This document shows positions 28,265-37,239 of a DNA stretch of 53,232 nucleotides, in pieces. Position numbers and translations under genes: made by a program. This DNA is from an uncultured Bacteroides sp. (lineage in GTDB: Bacteria; Bacillota; Clostridia; Christensenellales; CAG-917). How positions within the stretch are numbered: position 1 is the stretch's first letter; each line of letters begins with the position of its first letter. Below the pieces are notes generated by a model. That model was not told the DNA's origin, did no database searches, and was given only the letters and a program-made list of their open reading frames with translations. The stretch is taken from NCBI GenBank assembly GCA_964624745.1, contig CAZUZK010000006.1, positions 1-53,232 on the forward strand. The letters are read 5' to 3'.

Positions 28265-28293
28265 TTGAATAAAAAATATGGTTGTTGTATAAT
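28265..28293 (+). promoter_or_regulatory. Candidate sigma-A promoter of nadK-argR-recN
   Basis: TTGAAT (28265-70), 17-nt spacer, TATAAT (28288-93). The first plausible ATG (28304) is only ~10 nt downstream of the -10 box. Confidence 0.4.
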
Positions 28294-28303
28294 GCGTATA
28301 ACT

Positions 28304-29128
28304 ATGAAAACCAAGCTTGCAATATTCGCAAAAGTGAAAACGCGCGGCGATTCCGCTCGCGCAACGATAGTAAAAGCCATCGAAGACGACGGTGCTTTCG
28401 ACGTTTGCGAATTTGAAGACGCAAGCGAAATCGATTCCTCCTTCGACAAGCTTTTGGTGTTCGGCGGTGACGGCACGATGCTCGAGGCTGTCCGCGCGAT
28501 AGGCGAAAAGGATATATCCGTTCTCGGTGTAAACCTCGGCAATCTCGGTTTTTTGGCTGAGTTTGAACGCACGACAGACGCAAGCGAAATAATCGACGCG
28601 TTAAAGTGTGGCGCAACGAAGGAAAAGCTGCTTTTGTCCGTAAACTTAAACGGCAAAATTTTAGCGCGCGCTCTCAACGAGGTTGTGATAAAAAGCTCCA
28701 CGACGCGCCCGATTTTCATAGATTTGTACGTCGATGACAATTACGTCGATTCCTATCACAGCGACGGCGCGATAATCTCGTCGCCTACCGGTTCGACGGC
28801 GTATTCGTTGTCGGCAGGGGGTCCGATACTTTCGCCCGACGTATCGGCGTTTGTTGTCAATCCGATATGCGCGCATTCTTTGCATTCCCGTCCGCTTGTG
28901 ATAAGCTCCTCGTCGAGGGTGACGCTCAAGCTTTCGGGTGACGAAAACGCAAGCGCGTGCATCGACGGCGGCGCGGTGTTCGATTTGCCGCGCGACTCCG
29001 CAATAACGGTGCAAAAGGCGAGCAACGGCGTGCGCTTTATCACAAAGGGCGACGACGATTTCTACAAAAAACTATTTCAAAAGATGAACAGATGGGGCAC
29101 GACGCACACGACGTCGAGCAACCGATAA
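28304..29128 (+). CDS. nadK: NAD kinase
   Basis: GGDGTML motif, NLG.LGFL, and SSPTGSTAYSLSAGGPI. The start could alternatively be at 28292. Confidence 0.92.
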   Translation: MKTKLAIFAKVKTRGDSARATIVKAIEDDGAFDVCEFEDASEIDSSFDKLLVFGGDGTMLEAVRAIGEKDISVLGVNLGNLGFLAEFERTTDASEIIDALKCGATKEKLLLSVNLNGKILARALNEVVIKSSTTRPIFIDLYVDDNYVDSYHSDGAIISSPTGSTAYSLSAGGPILSPDVSAFVVNPICAHSLHSRPLVISSSSRVTLKLSGDENASACIDGGAVFDLPRDSAITVQKASNGVRFITKGDDDFYKKLFQKMNRWGTTHTTSSNR

Positions 29129-29138
29129 GGAGAATATT

Positions 29139-29612
29139 ATGGCAAGAGCAAACAGACAGCTCAAGATTTTGGATATTATATCCAAGCACGACATAGATAC
29201 GCAAGAAGAGCTTGTAGATTATCTTAAAAGCGAGGGCTTCAGCGTCACGCAGGCAACGGTGTCCAGAGACATCAAGGATATGGGTATAATCAAAACCCTT
29301 TCCGCAGACGGCAGACACTACAAATACGCCTCCCAGCAGACAAAGGAAGCGAGCGCGGCGGATAAGTTTCTTAATATGTTCAAAAACGCGGTCGTATCCA
29401 TAAAAAGCTCGGGCAATTTGATTGTATTGAAGACGGAAGCCGGAAGCGCGTGTCCCGCCGCAGAGCTTATCGACAAGCTTTGCTATGAGGAAGTGCTCGG
29501 CGTTATCGCAGGCGACAACACGATTTTCGTTGCGGTGGATTCCATAGACCACGTAGATCTTATACGCAGACGTCTCGAGGAGCTTCTCGAAGCCAACAGA
29601 ATTTATAATTAA
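29139..29612 (+). CDS. argR: Arginine repressor
   Basis: Winged-helix N-domain (TQATVSRDIKDMG) and a C-terminal GDNTIFV oligomerisation/arginine-binding motif. Confidence 0.95.
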   Translation: MARANRQLKILDIISKHDIDTQEELVDYLKSEGFSVTQATVSRDIKDMGIIKTLSADGRHYKYASQQTKEASAADKFLNMFKNAVVSIKSSGNLIVLKTEAGSACPAAELIDKLCYEEVLGVIAGDNTIFVAVDSIDHVDLIRRRLEELLEANRIYN

Positions 29613-29620
29613 AGCGATTT

Positions 29621-31315
29621 ATGTTAAGTCAACTTTCCATCGAAAATATCGCGCTTATAGACAAGCTGGAGCTTGATTTGAACGGCGGATTGAATATTTT
29701 AAGCGGTGAAACCGGCGCGGGCAAGTCGATTATTATTGACTCGCTCAATTTCGTATTGGGAGAAAGAGCGGACAAATCGCTTATCCGATACGGCGCGGAG
29801 CAAGCCGTCGTTCAAGCGATATTCGAGGATTATCTCACGCCGTCCATACGCGAATATTTGGACGAAATCGGCATAGAAGCCGAGGACGTGTTGATATTGC
29901 GCAGAAAAATGACCGTCGAGGGTAAAAACGAATGTCGCATCAACGGCAGAGTTTTCACGCTGTCCACGCTAAAGGGACTCACCGAGCTTTTGGTTGACAT
30001 ACACGGTCAGCACGAGCATCAATCCTTGCTCAAAAGCGCGAACCATATCAAGCTTTTAGACAATATCGGCGAGGGAAAAATCGAAAACGCAAGGCTTGAT
30101 ACCTGCGAAAAACACAAGCGTTACACGTCCTTGAAAAAGGAATTTTCAAGATTCGGAGACGCAAGCGAAAGAGAGCGCAAGCTCGACATTTTGACCTATC
30201 AGCTTGAAGAAATAGAGAAAGTAGACGTAAAGGAAGGGGAAGAAGAGGAGCTTCTTGCGCAGCGTAAACGCATACGCAATATGGAGAAAATTCTTTCCGC
30301 ACTCTCCGAGGCGCGCTCGACGCTCGACGGCTACGATCGCTCAAGCGTAAGCGCGTCCGTAAAAAACGCGTCGTCCTTGCTTTCGACAATTTCGTCTTAT
30401 GACGAAAGCGTTTCTCCGCTTATCGATAGATTGGATTCCGTAAAGGTGGAAATCGAGGACATCGGCGACACGCTGTCGGATATGCTTGAAAGGCTCGATT
30501 TCGATTCTCGCTCGGCAGAGCGTATCGAGGATAGGCTCGAACAGGTACGCGCACTGTTGCGCAAGTACGGCAATTCGTACGAAGCGTTGCAAAGCTTTTA
30601 CAAAAACGCGCTTGAAGAAGCAAGCGTGCTTGCAAATGCGGAGCAGACCGTTGAAAAACTCGAAGCCGATATAAAGCTTGCAGGCGAAGACCTTATCGCA
30701 AGCGCGAGCAAGCTTTCAAAATTGCGCAAAAGCACTGCCGAGAGCTTTGAAAAGGATATTATGCGCGAGCTTTCCAATTTGGGAATGAACGGCTCGACCT
30801 TTAAGGTTGAAATTACTTCAACGTCGAATATTGACGAAATAAGCGCAAACGGCGCGGATAACGTCGAATTTTTGATTTCTCCCAACGTCGGCGAGCCGCT
30901 CAAACCGCTTGCAAAAATAATATCTGGCGGTGAAATGTCAAGATTTATGCTTGCCTTCAAGAATATAGTCGCAGGCATAGACGGTATCGGCACTATGGTA
31001 TTCGACGAGATAGATACCGGAATTTCGGGCAATATATCCGCAGTCGTGTCCGAAAAGATGTGCAATATATCGCGCAACAGACAGGTTATCGCCGTCACGC
31101 ATATGCCAAGCCTTGCCGCAATGGCGGACAGTCATTATCTCATCGCGAAGTCGGCAAAGGACGGGAAAACGCTCACGCACGTTACGCTTTTAGAGGACGA
31201 TACGGACGAGGTTGCGCGCTTAATCGGCGGAAACGATTACAGCAGGTACGCCGTGCCGCACGCAAAAGAAATGAAGGCGTGGGCAGAAAAATACAAGCAA
31301 ACCTTAAAAAAGTAA
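29621..31315 (+). CDS. recN: DNA repair protein RecN
   Basis: SMC-like protein with Walker A GETGAGKS, long coiled coils, a signature SGGE, and Walker B FDEIDTG. Confidence 0.95.
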   Translation: MLSQLSIENIALIDKLELDLNGGLNILSGETGAGKSIIIDSLNFVLGERADKSLIRYGAEQAVVQAIFEDYLTPSIREYLDEIGIEAEDVLILRRKMTVEGKNECRINGRVFTLSTLKGLTELLVDIHGQHEHQSLLKSANHIKLLDNIGEGKIENARLDTCEKHKRYTSLKKEFSRFGDASERERKLDILTYQLEEIEKVDVKEGEEEELLAQRKRIRNMEKILSALSEARSTLDGYDRSSVSASVKNASSLLSTISSYDESVSPLIDRLDSVKVEIEDIGDTLSDMLERLDFDSRSAERIEDRLEQVRALLRKYGNSYEALQSFYKNALEEASVLANAEQTVEKLEADIKLAGEDLIASASKLSKLRKSTAESFEKDIMRELSNLGMNGSTFKVEITSTSNIDEISANGADNVEFLISPNVGEPLKPLAKIISGGEMSRFMLAFKNIVAGIDGIGTMVFDEIDTGISGNISAVVSEKMCNISRNRQVIAVTHMPSLAAMADSHYLIAKSAKDGKTLTHVTLLEDDTDEVARLIGGNDYSRYAVPHAKEMKAWAEKYKQTLKK

Positions 31316-31323
31316 CGCCAAAA

Positions 31324-31420
31324 GTCGAAATAAGTCGAAAATCACAAGTAAAAGCACAAGCTAGTCGAAACAAATTGAAAATTGTAAGTAAAATGACAAG
31401 TCGGTCGAAAGCAGTCGAAA
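31324..31420. repeat. Cluster of five same-strand GTCGAAA copies interleaved with three GAAAAT(C/T)(A/G)(C/T)AAGTAAAA units
   Basis: GTCGAAA at 31324, 31334, 31364, 31404 and 31414. AAGTAAAA-containing units lie near 31337, 31376 and 31417. Confidence 0.8.
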
Positions 31421-31573
31421 ATCGCAAGTAAAAAGATAATTGCGACTAATATTGACAAAATGTGCCGAATGCTTGCAAAAAACGTCGAATTTTGATTTTT
31501 CAAGGCGTTTGATAACTGCTTAAACAACGTCTTAAACGGCTCAAAACACAACGAAAAATATAACGGAATAACG

Positions 31574-31603
31574 AAAAAAGAAGGCTCTTGCGCCTTCTTT
31601 TTT
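31574..31603. terminator. Bidirectional intrinsic terminator (serves rnpB on the minus strand and any read-through from recN)
   Basis: GAAGGC-tcttgc-GCCTTC flanked by an A6 run upstream and a T6 run downstream. Confidence 0.75.
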
Positions 31604-31605
31604 CA

Positions 31606-31930
31606 TAGCGAGATTAGTCTGTAAGCCGAGTTCTGTATTGGACGGTCATCTATCTAGAGCGTACATTTCTGCACGCTTCAAGCGATGTGGGGAGTATGCG
31701 GGCCACATATATACTCCCGATCTTGCATCGAGTGGGGTTTACATCGCGCATTGTCGCCAAATTGCGGGTGAGCTCTTACCTCGCCTTTCCATCCTTACCG
31801 TATAAAACGGCGGTATTTTTCTGTTGCACTGTCCTTGAAGTCGCCTTCACCGGGAGTTACCCGGCACCCTTGCCCTGTGATGCTCGGACTTTCCTCAAAT
31901 ATTTCATGCGACCGTCTGGCTAACTCGCAA
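31606..31930 (-). ncRNA. rnpB: RNase P RNA, bacterial type A
   Basis: The minus strand reads GAGGAAAGUCCGAGC (31882-31896), GGGCAAGGGUGCCGGGUAACUCCCGG, AGUGCAACAGAAA, GGUAAGAGCUCACC, and ACAGAACUCGGCUUAC (31621-31636). The P1 ends GCGAGUUAG / CUAAUCUCGC pair. Confidence 0.9.
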
Positions 31931-32026
31931 ATAGATTTAACCATATTTTTTTTATAAAAGCAACCGATTGTAAAAGGATTTTCCTTTGTGGGATATAAAT
32001 TTGCAAAATGAGGGAACAATCTAGGC

Positions 32027-33406
32027 ATGGTATACGCGCTCACGTTTTCTATAACGGCGTTTTTCATATTGCTGTATATAATTTTGCGCAAGCCCGACCG
32101 CGAGAGGCATTATTTTACGTTGTCCGACGAGGAGTATCGGAAGGAGTGCAAACGCTTCGTTCACGCCTTGCCTTTGCCTCAAAAGAGCGGAAGCACAAAC
32201 GATAAAAGATATAAGCGAACGATAAGATTTTTATCTAAAAAACTTAAAATGAAACGCTATAAGGGCATTTTCGACGACTTTTTGGAAAATATCAAGACGT
32301 TTGATATACTCTTAAAGACGGATTATTCGGCATTGGAAAACGTCGCAAGCGTAAACGGCGAGGCAAGATGTGTGGCTTTGGCTCGGTTTTGCCTTGCAAA
32401 CAGCGACTATATTTTTACAAACGACAGATTTAGGATAATCGCAGAGTGTCAAAACCGCTTTCGCTCGTTGACCTTTGCGGAAATTCTTTCAATGAAAGAA
32501 GCTTTTTTGTACGTCCTCCTTGAAAAGTTGTATTTTATCTATATGGGACTTGATTCGATAGCAAGGGTTATGAAATACGCAAAGGCTTACGTTTTCGACG
32601 GTGGAAACAGTAAAAGCAAAAAGCTGAAAGGCTATTCCAGGTCAAAATTGTTTTTAAGTCTGTGCGCAATCGAAATCGATTGTATTAGTGAGGGGAAGCA
32701 AGAAGCGTTAAGGGAAGTGATAGACGAGCTGTATACCTCGTATTCGCATGTATTGCGTTCAATCGGCGACGTGCTTTGCTTCGATTTTTCGCGATTTTAC
32801 TCGCCGCTAGAGATATACGACAAGTTTTCTTCCTTTTCAAATGCAGACGAAAACGCAAAGGAAGCTTTTTTGAAGCTTGCCGCTTCGTTGAGCGATAAAG
32901 AAAATTTGGACGAATTTATGTATGCGATACGCGTTGAAAAGTATATGCAATCGGCGTCGGCAGGGCATATAGCCGTTGCGAGAGGAGATTTTTTAGGCAA
33001 GCGGTTTTCTATAATTAAATGCAAAAAGGACATATCGCTTATCGGCTTGGGCTTGAAATCCGACTTTCTTATGCGCGCATTGTTTTCACAGAATAAAAAT
33101 GCAAAAAAGAAAAACACTATTTCAAAATTTATTGATTTTGAGAATAGTTTTGAACCGATTTACAAATTTAATAATATAAATTTCGGAATTTCCACTCAAA
33201 ACGGCGCGTTGAAAATTCTTCCTCGTCTTCCGAACAACGTCGTCCGTGCGGACGTGCGTTTTGTCGAAAACGGCGTCGAACACGCTCTTCACGTTATCCG
33301 CGGCGATAAAGAGGAGATATATCTCGGCTCGACGCGTCTTAAAGGCACGGGATATATAAGACTGTCTGATAAGCCCCTTGACGTTACGGTGGTGGTAGAA
33401 AAATAA
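32027..33406 (+). CDS. Hypothetical membrane-anchored protein. Weak resemblance to the non-catalytic N-terminal region of cyclic beta-1,2-glucan synthase / GH94-type proteins.
   Basis: N-terminal TM helix. The segment ARCVALARFCLANSDY...LTFAEILSMKEAFLYVLLEKL resembles the PR.YALA.EL..HSDG...LT.GELWA.P.MLRLALIENL region of that family. This comparison is from memory only. Confidence 0.3.
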   Translation: MVYALTFSITAFFILLYIILRKPDRERHYFTLSDEEYRKECKRFVHALPLPQKSGSTNDKRYKRTIRFLSKKLKMKRYKGIFDDFLENIKTFDILLKTDYSALENVASVNGEARCVALARFCLANSDYIFTNDRFRIIAECQNRFRSLTFAEILSMKEAFLYVLLEKLYFIYMGLDSIARVMKYAKAYVFDGGNSKSKKLKGYSRSKLFLSLCAIEIDCISEGKQEALREVIDELYTSYSHVLRSIGDVLCFDFSRFYSPLEIYDKFSSFSNADENAKEAFLKLAASLSDKENLDEFMYAIRVEKYMQSASAGHIAVARGDFLGKRFSIIKCKKDISLIGLGLKSDFLMRALFSQNKNAKKKNTISKFIDFENSFEPIYKFNNINFGISTQNGALKILPRLPNNVVRADVRFVENGVEHALHVIRGDKEEIYLGSTRLKGTGYIRLSDKPLDVTVVVEK

Positions 33407-33435
33407 ATTTGTTCAAATTTTCGCCGTACAAAAGT

Positions 33436-33462
33436 GCAAATACGAGTATTTGCTCTTTTTTT
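33436..33462 (+). terminator. Intrinsic terminator
   Basis: GCAAATA-cgag-TATTTGC followed by TCTTTTTTT. Confidence 0.7.
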
Positions 33463-33596
33463 GCGATTTTTAAGGGGCGAAAATCCATTTTGTGTGACAT
33501 AAAACGTTGACTTATCGCCTTACTATTGTTATTATTTTTAGTATAAATTTAGTACGCAAAAATCTGCGTGCTTATCGCAAAATTCAGGAGCTTCAT

Positions 33597-34613
33597 ATGA
33601 AAGAAAAAATGGATGCAATCAAGTATGCCGCGCTCGAAATGATAGAGCAGGCTCAAAATTCCGTTGAGCTTAACAACGTCAGAGTGAAATACCTCGGCAA
33701 AAGCGGCGAAATATCCCTTCTTATGAGAGACATGGCAAAGGTCCCCAAGGAAGAACGCCCGACTATGGGCAAGCTCGTAAACGAGCTTCGCGGCGCGGTC
33801 GAGAGCGTGCTCGACGCAAAAACCGCTCAAATCGAAAACGCCGAAAAGCTTGCCAGAATGAAAGCGGAGGAGGTTGACGTATCCCTTCCTTGCAATCATA
33901 AGCTCGGCACGCTTCACCCCTTGACGCTCATCACAAGAGAGCTTATAGATATTTTTACGGGAATGGGCTTTAGCGTAGCGGAAGGACCGGAAATCGAAAG
34001 CGATCTTTACAATTTTCAGCTTCTCAACGTACCCAAAGATCACCCGGCGCGCGATATGCAGGACACCTTCTACGTCAACGACAACGTGGTCTTGCGTACG
34101 CAAACCTCCGCGGTGCAGGCGCGTATAATGCAAAATCATCAACCGCCTATCCGCATCGTATCTCCCGGCAAGGTTTACAGAAGCGACGACGACGCCTCGC
34201 ATAGCCCGATTTTCAATCAGTTCGAGGGACTTGCCGTCGATAAGCATATCACTATGGGCGATTTGCAAGGCTGCTTGCAGACGTTTGCGGAAAAGCTTTT
34301 CTCAAAGGATACCAAGGTGCGCTTGCGCCCATCGTATTTCCCGTTTACCGAGCCGTCCGTCGAGGTTGACGTCACCTGCTCGATGTGCCACGGCAAGGGC
34401 TGTAGAGTTTGCAAAGGCACCGGCTGGGTGGAAATTCTCGGCGCAGGCATCGTAAATCCCGCGGTTTTGGATATGTGCGGCATAGACAGCTCCGTTTACG
34501 GCGGCTTTGCGTTCGGCTTCGGTATCGACCGCATAGCAATGATAAAATACGGCATTCCCAACATCAAAATGCTCTATGAAAACGACGTGCGTTTTCTCAA
34601 GCAATTCAATTAA
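33597..34613 (+). CDS. pheS: Phenylalanine-tRNA ligase alpha subunit
   Basis: Class II aaRS motifs (HPARDMQDTFY, FRPSYFPFTEPS, GFAFGFGIDR). The ATG at 33597 follows AGGAG, so the ORF-track start at 33507 is upstream of the promoter region. Confidence 0.95.
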   Translation: MKEKMDAIKYAALEMIEQAQNSVELNNVRVKYLGKSGEISLLMRDMAKVPKEERPTMGKLVNELRGAVESVLDAKTAQIENAEKLARMKAEEVDVSLPCNHKLGTLHPLTLITRELIDIFTGMGFSVAEGPEIESDLYNFQLLNVPKDHPARDMQDTFYVNDNVVLRTQTSAVQARIMQNHQPPIRIVSPGKVYRSDDDASHSPIFNQFEGLAVDKHITMGDLQGCLQTFAEKLFSKDTKVRLRPSYFPFTEPSVEVDVTCSMCHGKGCRVCKGTGWVEILGAGIVNPAVLDMCGIDSSVYGGFAFGFGIDRIAMIKYGIPNIKMLYENDVRFLKQFN

Positions 34614-34625
34614 GGAGGACGAAAA

Positions 34626-37022
34626 ATGTTAGTTCCCATTTCATGGCTTAAAGATTACGTAGACATTGACGTAACGCCAAAGGTACTCGCAAAAAAGCTC
34701 GTTGCAATCGGCTTCGAGGTTGAAGAAATAATATATCAGTTAGACACCGTAACCGACGTCGTTGTCGGCAAAATTTTAAGCGTCGAAAAGCACCCGAACG
34801 CAGACCGCTTGCGTGTAACGCAAATCGACGTAGGCGACAAGGTTATACAAGTTGTCACCAACGTGCCGGTGGTGGGCGGCGAAACAATAGCCGTCGCGCT
34901 CGACGGCGCGCGCCTTGCGGACAGAAGCTACATACGTGCAGGCGAACTTCGCGGAGTAAAGAGCGAGGGTATGCTTTGCGGACTCGAAGAGGTCGGCTTG
35001 ACTGAGGACGACGCCCTCGGACAAAAGGCAGGCGACATTTTGCGCTTCCCGGAGGGTACGGAACTTGGTCTTGACGCGCTGTACGTCCTCGGCTATAACG
35101 ACGCGATTCTCGACGTGAGCGTAACCGCCAATCGTCCCGACTGCAACAGCATTTACAAAATGGCAAAGGAGGTTGCCGTCGCTCTCAACAAGGATTGCAG
35201 AGAACCTGAAATCTGCTATGAGGAGTCCGACGTATGGGGCGAGGTTAGCGATATGGTGGACGTTGAAGTTCAAAACCAAGAGCTTTGCCCGAGATATATG
35301 GCGGCAGGCGTGAAAAACGTCAAAATATTCCCGTCCTCGCAGAAGATAAAATCAAGATTGAGAGCTGTCGGTATTCGCCCGATAAATAACATCGTGGACA
35401 TCACAAACTACGTTCTTACCGAAATCGGACAGCCGATGCACTCCTTCGACAAGCGCGAATTGAACGGCGATAAAATCGTCGTGCGCAATGCGAAAAACGA
35501 CGAAACGATCGTCACCCTCGACGGCAAGGAAAATAAACTTAACGACGATATGCTCGTGATATGCGACGCGGAGCGTCCCGTTGCCGTTGCAGGCATAATG
35601 GGCGGTGAGAACAGCGGAATACAGGACGATACCACCGAGGTTGTGTTTGAATCCGCCAAATTCGCACGCGATAACGTGCGCAGAACGTCGCGCGCATTGA
35701 ATCTGCGCTCGGATAGCTCGGCAAGATTTGAAAAGGGCATTGATTTTGCCTCTCAAGAATACGGCTTGAAACGTGCCTTGACTTTGATTTATCAAACAGG
35801 CTCGGGCGACATCGTAAAGGGCATAATCGACAAGAAGGTCGATTACCAAAAGGTGAGAGAAATCAAATTTACCACCAAAAAGCTTCAAGAAATCCTAGGT
35901 TGCAAGGTGCCTAAAGCGAAGCTTATTTCGATATTGCAGCGTCTTGGAATAGAGGTTGTCGAGGGCGATAAATGCCTTATCGCAAGAGTGAAAGAGGATA
36001 GAGAAGACATCGTTGGCGTAAACGACATTGCGGAAGAGTTTATTCGCGTGTACGGTTATTCGCACGTGAAGCCCACGCTGTTTGCCTATGCGCAACTGAC
36101 GCAGGGCGGTATCCCCAACAAGGCGAAATTCGTAAACAAAATCAAGGATACCCTTTGCGCCTGCGGTGCGTCCGAGAGCGTAACGTATTCGTTTACGTCT
36201 CCTAAATTTGCCGACCAAATGGTTTTGGACAAGGACGATAAGGCGCGCGAGGCTATCAAATTGGTAAATCCGCTCGGCGAGGCGTTGAGCGTTATGAGAA
36301 CGACGCTTGCGCACAGCATGATAGAAACACTTTGCTACAACATCACACACTTTAATAAGTGTGCAAAGCTTTTTGAAGTGGCAAACGTCTACTTGCCAAA
36401 GTCCCTGCCGCTCGAGGAACTGCCCGACGAGGAGCAACGTCTTTGCATCGGAGCATACGGTGAGGACGTCGATTTCTTCACGATAAAGGGCTTGCTCGAA
36501 GAGGTCTTCAACGCCTGCGGAATTAGCGCGGAATACGTGCGCTCGCAAAGACCGTATCTGCATACCGGAAGAGGCGCGGACGTTATCGTAAAGGGAAAGA
36601 GCGTCGGTTTTGTGGGCGAAATTCACCCCGACGTCGCAAAGAACTACGACGTTGACAAACGTCTGTACGTTGCGGAAATTTCCGTTGACGGAATATACGA
36701 CGATGGCTTGCTTGAAAAGAACAAGTTTAGCGCATTCTCGAAATTCCCGACAATCGAGAGAGATTTGGCGGTTGTGGTTGACGACGAAATTCCTGCTTCC
36801 GACTTGATTAACGCAGTGAAAAACGCAAAAATCAAGCACCTCGACGACGTGTCTGTCTTCGATACGTACAGAAGCGAACAAATCGGCGTTGGTAAAAAGA
36901 GCGTTGCGTTGAGCTTTGCGTTCTCCTCCTTGGAACGTACGCTTACCGACGACGAAATCGCAACCGAAATGGCAAGAATCTTGTCTGCGCTTAAGAGAAA
37001 AGTCGGAGCAAAAATCAGATAA
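34626..37022 (+). CDS. pheT: Phenylalanine-tRNA ligase beta subunit
   Basis: N-terminus SWLKDYV, tRNA-binding, B3/4 and B5 domains, and a C-terminal FDX-ACB domain. Confidence 0.95.
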   Translation: MLVPISWLKDYVDIDVTPKVLAKKLVAIGFEVEEIIYQLDTVTDVVVGKILSVEKHPNADRLRVTQIDVGDKVIQVVTNVPVVGGETIAVALDGARLADRSYIRAGELRGVKSEGMLCGLEEVGLTEDDALGQKAGDILRFPEGTELGLDALYVLGYNDAILDVSVTANRPDCNSIYKMAKEVAVALNKDCREPEICYEESDVWGEVSDMVDVEVQNQELCPRYMAAGVKNVKIFPSSQKIKSRLRAVGIRPINNIVDITNYVLTEIGQPMHSFDKRELNGDKIVVRNAKNDETIVTLDGKENKLNDDMLVICDAERPVAVAGIMGGENSGIQDDTTEVVFESAKFARDNVRRTSRALNLRSDSSARFEKGIDFASQEYGLKRALTLIYQTGSGDIVKGIIDKKVDYQKVREIKFTTKKLQEILGCKVPKAKLISILQRLGIEVVEGDKCLIARVKEDREDIVGVNDIAEEFIRVYGYSHVKPTLFAYAQLTQGGIPNKAKFVNKIKDTLCACGASESVTYSFTSPKFADQMVLDKDDKAREAIKLVNPLGEALSVMRTTLAHSMIETLCYNITHFNKCAKLFEVANVYLPKSLPLEELPDEEQRLCIGAYGEDVDFFTIKGLLEEVFNACGISAEYVRSQRPYLHTGRGADVIVKGKSVGFVGEIHPDVAKNYDVDKRLYVAEISVDGIYDDGLLEKNKFSAFSKFPTIERDLAVVVDDEIPASDLINAVKNAKIKHLDDVSVFDTYRSEQIGVGKKSVALSFAFSSLERTLTDDEIATEMARILSALKRKVGAKIR

Positions 37023-37176
37023 ATAACAGCGGCGCGAAATTACACTGCAAGGTGTAAAAAGGACGGGACAAAAATCAGATAATCAACAGCGTTGCGAAAT
37101 TGCACTGCAAGGTGTAAAAGGTCGGGACATAATCGGATAAACGATAACGTCACGATTGCACTGTAAGTACAAAATC
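37010..37176. repeat. About 60-bp tandem repeat, 2 good copies plus 1 degenerate copy. The first copy begins inside the pheT 3' end.
   Basis: Copies at 37010-37069 and 37070-37128 are ~85-90% identical (AAAAATCAGATAA.AACAGCG..GCGAAATT.CACTGCAAGGTGTAAAA). A degenerate copy lies at 37129-37176. Each contains a TTACAC-tgcaag-GTGTAA hairpin. Confidence 0.85.
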
Positions 37177-37239
37177 ATACGCCTAGAAGCGTAAAATCAC
37201 ACATCTGCAAGTGCAAAGTCGCGCGCCTTAAGGAATGCT

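Noticed and set aside
31687-32091. ORFs 31687..31923 (+) and 31795..32091 (-)
   Set aside because: Both lie on or antisense to the RNase P RNA gene, whose universally conserved motifs are unambiguous.
33463-33596. Expected a Phe T-box leader upstream of pheS
   Set aside because: Only ~135 nt lie between the upstream terminator and the pheS start. I found no T-box sequence (no AGAGA/GGUGGNACC-type box, no specifier/terminator pair), only a promoter-like TTGACT...TATTAT and a small hairpin.
37010-37176. Considered whether the tandem repeats (also 26852..26936 and 31324..31420) could be CRISPR arrays
   Set aside because: The units are contiguous or irregularly spaced with no unique spacers of constant length. 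There are only 2-5 copies, and no cas genes are present in the window.
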